From Escherichia phage AV124, in the sequence record OR352954: 64,000 nt of DNA; one strand, 5' to 3'. The translations under genes and the position numbers were made by a program. Shown here piece after piece: positions 56,516 through 64,000 of this stretch. Position 1 is the first letter of the stretch, and each line of letters opens with the position of its first letter. The notes beneath the pieces were generated by a model. The model did not search any database. It saw only the letters and a program-made list of their open reading frames with translations, and had not been told where the DNA came from.

Positions 56516-56642
56516 TTTGTTCTCCTTTTGGTTCCGATTTGAAACGAGAGCACTTTCGTCCATTTAAGCTATCGCCCTGTGCCACTACGCGAGCCGGTCC
56601 AGCAAGAACGGGAGTCGAACCCGTATCTCTCTCATTTCAAAT

Positions 56643-56717
56643 TTGGTGGGGCATGAAGGATTCGAACCTTAGACAAACCGATTAAGAGTCTGCTACTCTA
56701 CCACTGAGTTAATACCC
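56643..56717 (-). tRNA. tRNA-Lys (CTT), anticodon stem imperfect
   Basis: Acceptor GGGGTAT/ATGCCCC, D-arm ACTC-AGTGGTA-GAGT, T-loop TTCGAAT, anticodon loop CTCTTAA with one stem mismatch; CCA encoded. Confidence 0.6.
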
Positions 56718-56782
56718 CGAAATAAGATCCGTGTTTTTAAAGACGTTTCACGGAATCGTCATTGTTCCCCATGCCGGAGGAA

Positions 56783-57094
56783 TTATTTTTTCTTCTTACC
56801 ATTTGGAGCTACGGTTTCAATAACCTTAGCTTCCTTCACTTTACCAGCACGTTCACGTTTTGTCTTACCTGTGCGAACACGGTAAGATGCAGAGATAATC
56901 TGACCACCCTCAATGCGGGTTTCTGACTTGTATTCACCCTTACGGCGATCAAATACCGAAACAGTCTTCTCTACACCACCAAGACGTACATCATGCGGAG
57001 CAGAATGCGTCTGAGTAGACTTTGACTCAAACTGGAAAGGCTGTTTGATAGCGTCAATAGCAGATACTTTCTTAGTAGAATTTTTCTTAGTCAT
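56783..57094 (-). CDS. basic hypothetical protein (103 aa)
   Basis: ORF with Lys/Arg-rich termini. Confidence 0.5.
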   Translation of the reverse strand: MTKKNSTKKVSAIDAIKQPFQFESKSTQTHSAPHDVRLGGVEKTVSVFDRRKGEYKSETRIEGGQIISASYRVRTGKTKRERAGKVKEAKVIETVAPNGKKKK

Positions 57095-57186
57095 AATTTT
57101 CTCCTTTGCATTTTATTTGGGAATTTCTCCCGTTTATGTTCATGAGGATATTAACTCAATCAATTATCCTCGTCAACATTTTTTAA

Positions 57187-57264
57187 TTGGTGACCCCCGG
57201 AGGATTCGAACCTACCTACCTCTCGATTATGAGTCGATTGCTCATACCTTATGAGCTTGAGGGC
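57187..57264 (-). tRNA. tRNA-Met/Ile2 (CAT)
   Basis: Anticodon loop CTCATAA, T-loop TTCGAAT, acceptor GGCCCTC/GGGGGTC with wobble pairs; CCA encoded. Confidence 0.65.
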
Positions 57265-57267
57265 CTT

Positions 57268-57340
57268 ATCGTTCAGAGTGGACTTGAACCACTGACCTTA
57301 TCCGTATGAAGAACATGCTCTACCAACTAAGCTACTGAAC
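57268..57340 (-). tRNA. tRNA-Met/Ile2 (CAT), no encoded CCA
   Basis: Acceptor CGTTCAG/CTGAACG, D-arm GCTT-AGTTGGTA-GAGC, anticodon arm TGTTC-TTCATAC-GGATA, T-arm AGTGG-TTCAAGT-CCACT; 3-prime end lacks CCA. Confidence 0.65.
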
Positions 57341-57365
57341 GGTTGTACTGTTGATGTGGTAGATA

Positions 57366-57566
57366 TTATAGATTGCCTGTTTCATTGTCAACGTCTTTTT
57401 TACTATTCTCGCAAATAAAACAGAAAATTTCTCTTTTAGGACCTATGTACTCCTTCCCGCAGTTAGTACAGGCTGAATGATAATACATACCCCGCAGACT
57501 TTCACCAGGCCAGTCTCTTTCAGAGAATGCGATGCAGTGATTGGAATTAGAAGTCTGGGTGCTCAT
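57366..57566 (-). CDS. small zinc-ribbon protein (66 aa)
   Basis: Start at internal ATG (MSTQTSN...); two CxxC pairs (CTNC ... CFIC). Confidence 0.45.
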   Translation of the reverse strand: MSTQTSNSNHCIAFSERDWPGESLRGMYYHSACTNCGKEYIGPKREIFCFICENSKKDVDNETGNL

Positions 57567-57666
57567 CAGAAGAAATCCCCTCTCCGAAACCAACGAAAAC
57601 ATCTACGTCTTCAGCCTGACGAATTCCTTCGCCGTAAACAATAAAGCCGTCAAATTCATCTTTCAT
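57547..57666 (-). CDS. small acidic protein (39 aa), overlapping the downstream gene start
   Basis: Below the track cutoff; translated by eye (MKDEFDGFIVYGEGIRQAEDVDVF...) with RBS AAAAGGAG. Confidence 0.35.
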   Translation of the reverse strand: MKDEFDGFIVYGEGIRQAEDVDVFVGFGEGISSDEHPDF

Positions 57667-57729
57667 CGTTTTGCTCCTTTTCGTTTTGAACGACTGATCG
57701 CCGCTTCAGCACGGCGTTGTTTGCGATTC

Positions 57730-57975
57730 TTAAATTGTTCGGAAGATTCGGAGAGCGTATTTGATTGTGAGATCTTCGTCATTGGGGTAGAAATAGTATA
57801 ATCCACCTTCTTCGCCGAAGGAGGCAACGTATTTCCAGGCTTCAATTCCAAAACCAGTTGTAGAAAAAGCGATCTCATCCGCTTCATCAGTGGCTTCATC
57901 CAGTTCCCTATGATTCGATTCGTGTTCAATATACTCTCCGTTATCAGATTTATAAACGAGTTTTAGTTTAAACAT
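57730..57975 (-). CDS. hypothetical acidic protein (81 aa)
   Basis: ORF in track. Confidence 0.45.
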   Translation of the reverse strand: MFKLKLVYKSDNGEYIEHESNHRELDEATDEADEIAFSTTGFGIEAWKYVASFGEEGGLYYFYPNDEDLTIKYALRIFRTI

Positions 57976-58049
57976 AGTGTCCTACCGTGTAAGTTGTTAA
58001 GAGTCAAGTTATTTCGATAACTCAATCTTACCAGCGGACACCTTTTTTG

Positions 58050-58298
58050 TCAATCCATGATACCTGAGTCGTTGACACCACGACGGTATTCTGCTATGGA
58101 AAGTGCTCTGATACGTTCTATGAACTCATCATCAGTTTCCCATTCACAGTCATCATCGTAATATTCATCAAGACCATCTTCAATCTCAGGAACCCAAGAC
58201 TTCTTCTGATCTTCATGAACAGATGCCCTATTGAAATCGTGTTTAGCGACTAAATTACGCACTGAAATCAGACCCCTTAATCTGTTTTGCGGTTTCAA
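58050..58298 (-). CDS. hypothetical protein (82 aa)
   Basis: ORF in track; 3-prime overlap with neighbour. Confidence 0.4.
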   Translation of the reverse strand: MKPQNRLRGLISVRNLVAKHDFNRASVHEDQKKSWVPEIEDGLDEYYDDDCEWETDDEFIERIRALSIAEYRRGVNDSGIMD

Positions 58299-58566
58299 CG
58301 AGATCTACATTTCCCGTTTTCGTGTTTACCCAGCGGGTTTCGGTCTTTGTTGCGTGCATTGTATGTCCACAACCAAAGGAAATGATGCAAACACCTGGTC
58401 CATGAGCCTCAAGATCGGCTTCAAACTCCTGTTTACAGACTTTACATTCCATCATTACGGGTCCAAACATTTTAGGCTCCTTAATATAATACGGGTTTGT
58501 CGGTGTATTATTACATGTTAGGCAATCATGTACCGGGACTTCATGCCACTTGCATGGATTTTCCAT
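58255..58566 (-). CDS. Cys-rich protein, zinc-finger-like (103 aa)
   Basis: Multiple CxxC pairs (CLTC, CKVC, CIISFGC). Confidence 0.45.
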   Translation of the reverse strand: MENPCKWHEVPVHDCLTCNNTPTNPYYIKEPKMFGPVMMECKVCKQEFEADLEAHGPGVCIISFGCGHTMHATKTETRWVNTKTGNVDLVETAKQIKGSDFSA

Positions 58567-58574
58567 AGTGTACC

Positions 58575-58600
58575 TATCAGAAAAGCCCCCGAAGGGGCTT
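58575..58600 (-). terminator. rho-independent terminator downstream of nadV
   Basis: On the minus strand: hairpin AGCCCC-TTCG-GGGGCT followed by TTTTCTGAT. Confidence 0.55.
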
Positions 58601-58605
58601 ATTGA

Positions 58606-60282
58606 TTACAGTTGAGCGGCTGCGCGTTCACGAATCGTTGTCAGGTCTTCATCGACAATCAATTTACCGTTGTAGAACACACGACGCAGTTCATTATCTT
58701 CAGACTGTACTTCTTCCAGTTGGCAATTGTCAATCAGTTCTAACTGACCGAACATGTTGCGAACAACTTTGAGGAAGCCTTTCGCAGATTTCTTACTGAG
58801 GTCGGTCTTAGGCTCTTTGACAACCATGATCTGCTGACCATCAATCACAGCACCAGTTGCCTTCACAGCCATGCCCAGTGAATCGCGGGTTGTATACTGA
58901 GTGGTGAAAGAACCGACGCCGTAAACAATGTTGCTGGATGCGAAGCCTTTTTCTTTCAGACGTTCAAAGATGTCTTTTGCACGAGCAACAGTGATTGAGT
59001 CACCGTAGATCAGACCAACGTGGGTGTCGAGGACCTTGTAACCTTTGGAGTTAACTTCACCACCAAAGATCTCCCACAGGCACTGAATTGCACCAATTGC
59101 CTCATGACGAGTAATCTCTTTATCGTCATCATCTGTCTGTGACAGAAGAACATAACGGTCGGTGTCTTTGAAGTATGCAACTTCTGTCTTCAGTGCGAAG
59201 GAACCTTTGTTATAGAAACCGTCTTCTGTTTCGAATTCTTCAATTCGATAACCAGCAATGATATGTTCAGGAATGCCGGAGTCAGGACGGAAAACAACAC
59301 GACCATCACGTGCCATGATTTCCTGTTTCAGGATCGCTGCTGCTTTGGTGATAATAGCCCAGAAATCATAGCTGTCTGCTACGTAGGAAACAAAACCTTT
59401 CGGGAAAATTTCCGTGATATAGCGTTTCAGGAACTCAACTTCAGCCAGAAAACGTTTCTGGTCGAGGCTCATAAACTCTTGTGTTACAGTATTCTCTTCG
59501 ATTTCTTTTACAATAAATCCGATGTTCGTGGTTGCAACAGAGTGTTCAGATGCAGGAATAGAACCAGCAACGAACTTGCCTTTCATGTTGTAATAACGAC
59601 GAGCATACAGAATCGCTGGGATAGTGTCTGTACCCATAGAGTTGATCAGTTGACCGAATTCGCTCTGTGCTGCGTCGTGAGTACCAGCTTCACCGCGATA
59701 TGCGAAGCAGTGGTTCTGGAATGCAACATGGTCGTTGTTATCACAGGTCGCAGCAGCCCATTTTTCGGACAGCTTGCGATACTGCCAGAACGTCGTTGCA
59801 GTTGTGATAGTTTTCCAAGTTTCTGCGGAGATCACACTTTCCAAGAAGTTAGGCAACCAGTAAAAATCCGGGTGCGTATTCTGGATTGTAAACATTGGGA
59901 TCTGAACCGGAGAAAGCGTTCCTTCTGGAAGAGCACGGATTTCCAGAGGAAGATAACCGAGATCATGAAGAGCCTCAAAGCCCCAGGTTTCTACCATGCC
60001 AATGCCGATGCTGGAGTCGCAAACCTCACGATAATCAGCAACCGCTACTTCTTTCGGGAGGTTGAAGAAGTTATTGTTGAACATGTCGATAAGGAACCAC
60101 TTAATAAATCCCTGAAGGCCAGCAAACATGACACGCTGGTCGTTATCAGCGAAGTGAATGAAGTGCTTCGCGTTACGAGGGGTCATGTTATCCTGAACAA
60201 TTTCAGAACGTTTATCATACATGGAGATGTGTGAAGGTTTGTAAAAGTCAGCGAACAGGATAGGACTTTCTTGATTAAGCAT
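58606..60282 (-). CDS. nadV: nicotinamide phosphoribosyltransferase (Nampt)
   Basis: Start at ATG 60282 with RBS AAGGAGAAA; N-terminal LFADFYKPSH resembles the Nampt signature (LLATDSYKVTH in the human enzyme); size about 558 aa; adjacent to prs. Confidence 0.75.
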   Translation of the reverse strand: MLNQESPILFADFYKPSHISMYDKRSEIVQDNMTPRNAKHFIHFADNDQRVMFAGLQGFIKWFLIDMFNNNFFNLPKEVAVADYREVCDSSIGIGMVETWGFEALHDLGYLPLEIRALPEGTLSPVQIPMFTIQNTHPDFYWLPNFLESVISAETWKTITTATTFWQYRKLSEKWAAATCDNNDHVAFQNHCFAYRGEAGTHDAAQSEFGQLINSMGTDTIPAILYARRYYNMKGKFVAGSIPASEHSVATTNIGFIVKEIEENTVTQEFMSLDQKRFLAEVEFLKRYITEIFPKGFVSYVADSYDFWAIITKAAAILKQEIMARDGRVVFRPDSGIPEHIIAGYRIEEFETEDGFYNKGSFALKTEVAYFKDTDRYVLLSQTDDDDKEITRHEAIGAIQCLWEIFGGEVNSKGYKVLDTHVGLIYGDSITVARAKDIFERLKEKGFASSNIVYGVGSFTTQYTTRDSLGMAVKATGAVIDGQQIMVVKEPKTDLSKKSAKGFLKVVRNMFGQLELIDNCQLEEVQSEDNELRRVFYNGKLIVDEDLTTIRERAAAQL

Positions 60283-60343
60283 GTTTTGTTTCTCCTTTGT
60301 TTGTTTAATAGGGCGATTGTACGCCCACTTATTCATTTGTCAA

Positions 60344-61144
60344 TTAAAAGTTTTCGGTCCAGTCGTGGTACGCATAGATTTCATCAACGCCGCCTTCGTA
60401 GATAACTTCTTTGCCGAAGGAAAAGATACCGTGTGTTACGTAAAGAATAACACGTTTTGCACCTTTTGCCTTCAATGCTTGTGCCAGGGCAATGAATGTG
60501 CGACCACCATCGCAGATATCATCGACAATAACACACTCGCGACCTTCAACATCACCGAAAACAGCAGTCCCGGTAATTTCATTTGTCTTCAGATCGCGCA
60601 CTTTTCCAGCTTCCACCAGAGGGAGGCGGAGACGATCGGAAACTTTCTGAGCTTTTTTACGTGCTCCGGCGTCAGGTGCCACGATAACAACATCTTTTCC
60701 AACCAGGCCTTCATGGAATTTCGCAATAAGAGCATCCTGACCACGAATTTTAACGTTGTTAAGTAGTGCTGCGGAGACATCGCTGTGCGGATCATCGACA
60801 ATTATCTTATCAAACCCAAGAGAGTTGACGATATTTGCGAAAACTTTGATGGATAACGCTTCACCAGGTTGCATTACGCGGTCCTGACGTGCATATGGAA
60901 TATATGGCAAGTGCAAAGTAAATTGTGCAGTATGATGGAGACCTTCAAGGCGAGAACATGCATCCACCAACATGGCAAGTGCCATAACATCAGTAGAATT
61001 TTTAATTTTCGCAGTGATGTCTACGAAACCAATACCACCTTTTGGGGTATGCGTCATGTCAATTTTAACCTGTTCTTCACCACCTTTGAACGTAAAGTGA
61101 TCAACAGGAACTACCAGTTTGTTCAGACGAAGTTCTAAACTCAT
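60344..61144 (-). CDS. prs: ribose-phosphate pyrophosphokinase (PRPP synthetase)
   Basis: Type I phosphoribosyltransferase PRPP-binding motif VIVDDICDGGRT plus upstream VIVAPDAGA. Confidence 0.8.
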   Translation of the reverse strand: MSLELRLNKLVVPVDHFTFKGGEEQVKIDMTHTPKGGIGFVDITAKIKNSTDVMALAMLVDACSRLEGLHHTAQFTLHLPYIPYARQDRVMQPGEALSIKVFANIVNSLGFDKIIVDDPHSDVSAALLNNVKIRGQDALIAKFHEGLVGKDVVIVAPDAGARKKAQKVSDRLRLPLVEAGKVRDLKTNEITGTAVFGDVEGRECVIVDDICDGGRTFIALAQALKAKGAKRVILYVTHGIFSFGKEVIYEGGVDEIYAYHDWTENF

Positions 61145-61515
61145 TTCATGTATCCTCTATTAACAATTATGTAATGTCTGGGTTTTGCATTCCCATTTGA
61201 ATCCTGAAAACCAGAACGTATCCTTCGAATGTATCCAAGAGACTCCATCTTTGTCAAGAACTCTGATACTTTCGGTTGTGACTTCTCGCTCAACCCAAAC
61301 AGATGACACAAAGATTTTTGAGATGGGTAAAAAACTTCATCGCCACCATCTGGGTTTAGACTCTTGAAGTAATCATACCTCCACCAAAGCTTGATTAATC
61401 TTTGCAAATCTTGGGGTGAGAGACGATCATCAAAAAGCCACTGCGTCGGAATGGTGACATATGCCCCATCTCTGATATTCACAGTGTTGTCACCAATCTT
61501 TATCTCCACCACCAT
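61141..61515 (-). CDS. hypothetical protein, possible DNA-binding regulator (124 aa)
   Basis: First gene of the minus-strand early unit, next to palindromic operators; the RBS AGGAG directly abuts the ATG, so the true start may be the GTG one or two codons downstream. Confidence 0.45.
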   Translation of the reverse strand: MVVEIKIGDNTVNIRDGAYVTIPTQWLFDDRLSPQDLQRLIKLWWRYDYFKSLNPDGGDEVFYPSQKSLCHLFGLSEKSQPKVSEFLTKMESLGYIRRIRSGFQDSNGNAKPRHYIIVNRGYMK

Positions 61516-61582
61516 CTCCTATTTATTCCGCCATAGGTATAATTAGAGACTACACCACTAACCCAATACTGTCAACTCTAAT

Positions 61583-61624
61583 TATTCCCGATTAGGAATA
61601 TCTAATTATTCCCGAACAGGAATA
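61583..61624. promoter_or_regulatory. tandem palindromic operator candidates (2 x TATTCC-N6-GGAATA)
   Basis: TATTCCCGATTAGGAATA at 61583..61600 and TATTCCCGAACAGGAATA at 61607..61624, each within a CTAATTATTCCCGA direct repeat, 24 bp centre to centre. Confidence 0.45.
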
Positions 61625-61784
61625 CAATACTAACTTATCATTTAAACTAACTTATGATCTTTAAAAACAATAAAACATAAGATCTAAAACAAGATCTTTT
61701 ACTACAGAGTATAAATATTCTATATCATAGAGTCGATGACTCGATGAGTTTGATTATCGTATGAAGAAAAGATGATGTCAAGTG

Positions 61785-61812
61785 TTGACATGAACTTTTT
61801 AACGTGTAAAAT
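61785..61812 (+). promoter_or_regulatory. sigma70-like promoter candidate (TTGACA-N16-TAAAAT)
   Basis: TTGACA at 61785..61790, 16-nt spacer, TAAAAT at 61807..61812, about 25 nt upstream of the ATG at 61838 (RBS AAGGAG between them). Confidence 0.5.
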
Positions 61813-61837
61813 CTAGGTAATGTTAAAGGAGATTGCT

Positions 61838-62161
61838 ATGTTTTCAAGTAAAGAAACAAAAGTTATTGGTGAAATAGTCTGTGGTAAGCCACGACGGAAA
61901 ACGGAGCAGACCGATGAAGAGAAGACCAAGCTGATGATGATACGTGAAGTGTATCATGAATGTGGTGAAGACCACAATGTGTGCGTGGTATTACCAGATG
62001 GTATACCAGTTGACAAGGTCTTCGATAACTTCTATGCTTCGATAAAGTCGAGACTAGCTCGACGTAATGTGTGTGTAACATATGCAAAGGACTTGACTGT
62101 GGAACACATCGAGAACAACAATGTTGTAGTGGATCTAAGCGAAATCCGTATAACGCTCTAG
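61838..62161 (+). CDS. hypothetical early protein (107 aa)
   Basis: Start at ATG 61838 (MFSSKETK) with RBS AAGGAGA. Confidence 0.55.
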   Translation: MFSSKETKVIGEIVCGKPRRKTEQTDEEKTKLMMIREVYHECGEDHNVCVVLPDGIPVDKVFDNFYASIKSRLARRNVCVTYAKDLTVEHIENNNVVVDLSEIRITL

Positions 62162-62278
62162 GACGCATCCTAAGGCGTTATAAGTGTGTGGTGGTACACT
62201 TGGGTTACCAACCCGTATTAAATTAAATACAGGGCCTCCCAGAGGCTCTGAGAGGTATTGTGGAGGATTATTTTGGAT

Positions 62279-62548
62279 ATGAAGAGCATTACCCGTGATG
62301 ACTCCATCTATAAAGGTGCTTATCTAGCTCTGAGAGACATCATGAAGTCTATGGAGAAAAAGTATGGTGTGAAACTGTACTTAGATAGCCGGGTAGACTG
62401 GGGAAAGACATGGATGGATGCTTCAGTTTACATTCATGGTGATAGGCATATCGTTAACTTGGTGTGCATGAAACTTATTGTGTGGCAGCACTACCAGAAA
62501 ATAAGGGATGGAATTCTGTTCGCCTACCCCGCTGAGGATATGAAATGA
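62279..62548 (+). CDS. hypothetical protein (89 aa)
   Basis: Start at ATG 62279 (MKSITRD); RBS GGAGG upstream; track start 62258 is TTG. Confidence 0.5.
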   Translation: MKSITRDDSIYKGAYLALRDIMKSMEKKYGVKLYLDSRVDWGKTWMDASVYIHGDRHIVNLVCMKLIVWQHYQKIRDGILFAYPAEDMK

Positions 62549-62829
62549 AGAAAGATATCAAGAAACCTGTCAAGGAAAAGTTTGATACCTCTGCATTTGT
62601 GTTCACAACCGATGTGGGTGTGATTAAAGATGCTCTACAGCTACTGAATGAACAGGAGGCAGATCCTGAAGCGGAACCACTGACAAAGGATCAGATCTAT
62701 TGGATGGGTTGGTGGGAGCTTAACATGCCGGAGGTTGATCGTCGCGGATTAACACGTGTATTGACATGTGCTCAGGAAAATGCTGCACTGGGTCTGTATA
62801 AGAAAACTACGAAGAGGAAGAAAAAATGA
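62545..62829 (+). CDS. hypothetical protein (94 aa)
   Basis: ATGA overlap with upstream gene. Confidence 0.5.
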   Translation: MKKDIKKPVKEKFDTSAFVFTTDVGVIKDALQLLNEQEADPEAEPLTKDQIYWMGWWELNMPEVDRRGLTRVLTCAQENAALGLYKKTTKRKKK

Positions 62830-63065
62830 GCAGACTTGCAAAACTAAACAGAAGAAAGAAAATGTTGAAAGAAAAGCAGAAAAACATCACGGCTACTTTC
62901 CAAGTATGCCGAGAGGCTATGAAGGCAAATCTGATAACACCTTCGCAGAGACAGTTGATCCGTGATATTCTTCGTCCTGTGCTCCACGACCTTGAAGGTG
63001 AAGTTCGTGATGTTACACTTCATATTCAAGAGGAACTTGTAAAAAGATATCAGGAGGATACATGA
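62826..63065 (+). CDS. hypothetical protein (79 aa)
   Basis: ATGA overlap with upstream gene. Confidence 0.5.
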   Translation: MSRLAKLNRRKKMLKEKQKNITATFQVCREAMKANLITPSQRQLIRDILRPVLHDLEGEVRDVTLHIQEELVKRYQEDT

Positions 63066-63655
63066 TCGACCACGTCACGTCAGACACGCATTGGTGGCAT
63101 ACCAACATCCTTGGTTTCCCATCGTGTGATAAATTCCGTAAGAACCTGTACGGTCCAAAAGAAGACCGTGAAAGTCTGTATGCAATGAATGAAGGTATGA
63201 TTGAAATCTGGAATAAGCACGTTAAACCAGATGATGTCGTAGCGCACCTTGGTGACTTCGTGATTGCTTACGGACGTTACATGGAGCCTCGCGTTCGTGA
63301 CATCCTTGAAAAGATCAACGGAAAGATCATTCTGGTTGGTGGTAACCATGACAACCGAGATACGAAACGTATCTTCCGTGAATTCGGTCATGAAGTTGTT
63401 GATTATAAAGAGATTAACTTCAGCACTGGAAAAGAGAAGGTGCATGTGTGTATGTCTCACTATCCGTTCGCATCGTGGAACAAAGCACACCACGGGTCAG
63501 TTATGTTGCACGGGCATAGCCACGGCTCCTATACAGCCCCCGGTGGACGTATTCTCGATGTAGGTTGGGATGTTCATGGTCGTCCTCTGACGATGCGTGA
63601 GGCCGTCCTGATGTGCCTCAAAAAACCAATCTACACTGCTGACCACGGAGAATAA
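63062..63655 (+). CDS. calcineurin-like metallophosphoesterase
   Basis: Metal-ligand motifs in canonical order: SDTHWWH (DxH), LGDFV (GD), GGNHD (GNHD), then His cluster HGHSHG. Confidence 0.65.
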   Translation: MIDHVTSDTHWWHTNILGFPSCDKFRKNLYGPKEDRESLYAMNEGMIEIWNKHVKPDDVVAHLGDFVIAYGRYMEPRVRDILEKINGKIILVGGNHDNRDTKRIFREFGHEVVDYKEINFSTGKEKVHVCMSHYPFASWNKAHHGSVMLHGHSHGSYTAPGGRILDVGWDVHGRPLTMREAVLMCLKKPIYTADHGE

Positions 63656-63656
63656 G

Positions 63657-64000
63657 ATGCATAACAAAGAACGAAATTTCATAGCACGTAACACGGCGAA
63701 GTCTTTCTTCGCTACTATTCACATTGCCGGGGATTATGCTCAGGCCGAGAATTTGTGTCGCCAGTGGGTTATGCAAGGTGCTTGTGTGCAGATTGCTCCA
63801 TGCACCTATGTTTACACAGGTGGTGTCGAAGATGGTATGACTGTGCGGTTGATGCAGTATCCACGTTTCCAGCGTCAGGAGCATGAGATATTATCAATGG
63901 CTGTCGAACTTGGAAAATATCTTGCTCAGGAGATGTGCCAGATAAGCTTCAGTATAGAAACTCCTTATAATACAACATATTATCAGGCGGAAGGTTATGA
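63657..64000 (+). CDS. hypothetical protein, 3-prime partial
   Basis: ATG at 63657 (MHNKERNF...) immediately after the upstream stop; frame open to window end. Confidence 0.4.
   Translation, partial: MHNKERNFIARNTAKSFFATIHIAGDYAQAENLCRQWVMQGACVQIAPCTYVYTGGVEDGMTVRLMQYPRFQRQEHEILSMAVELGKYLAQEMCQISFSIETPYNTTYYQAEGY

Noticed and set aside
56599-56623. T-arm-like hairpin ACGGG-TTCGACT-CCCGT immediately next to tRNA-Lys (CTT), considered as a further tRNA
   Set aside because: A full tRNA built on it would need about 50 nt of sequence already occupied by the 56643..56717 tRNA, and no matching acceptor strand exists. It is a fragment or processing hairpin at most.
56783-57094. Basic 103-aa protein considered as a ribosomal-protein-like (S21-type) gene
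   Set aside because: The sequence does not match the S21 pattern as I recall it beyond being Lys/Arg-rich, so it is left as hypothetical.

Overview
This window reads as part of a virulent myovirus genome, annotated by eye from the six-frame track and the raw sequence with no database searches. It has three blocks. (1) A plus-strand block of mostly small genes (77..12197) includes two HNH homing endonucleases, an NadR-like NMN adenylyltransferase/ribosylnicotinamide kinase, a PnuC-like transporter and an SSB-like protein, ending at a bidirectional terminator near 12203..12230. (2) A long minus-strand structural and lysis block (12230..50797) carries tail fibres, four paralogous tailspikes, baseplate, tape measure, chaperone with a probable -1 frameshift, tube, sheath, a collagen-like protein, capsid, scaffold, protease, portal, large terminase, a spanin pair, and a Pol-beta-type nucleotidyltransferase abutting the tRNA array. 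(3) A minus-strand array of about 25 tRNA or tRNA-like genes (50909..57340) is followed by minus-strand small genes and nadV plus prs (58606..61144), then a divergent regulatory region (61516..61837) and further plus-strand genes. The NAD+ salvage genes plus a large tRNA array resemble Felix O1-like phages, but that placement is inference only. No CRISPR array, integrase, endolysin or holin was recognised. The candidates I would look at first are the nucleotidyltransferase next to the tRNA array, the four-gene NAD+ salvage set, several structurally atypical tRNA-like genes, and an AT-rich membrane-protein cassette among the tail-fibre genes. All coordinates and anticodons were derived by hand and need confirmation with tRNAscan-SE or ARAGORN and HMM searches.
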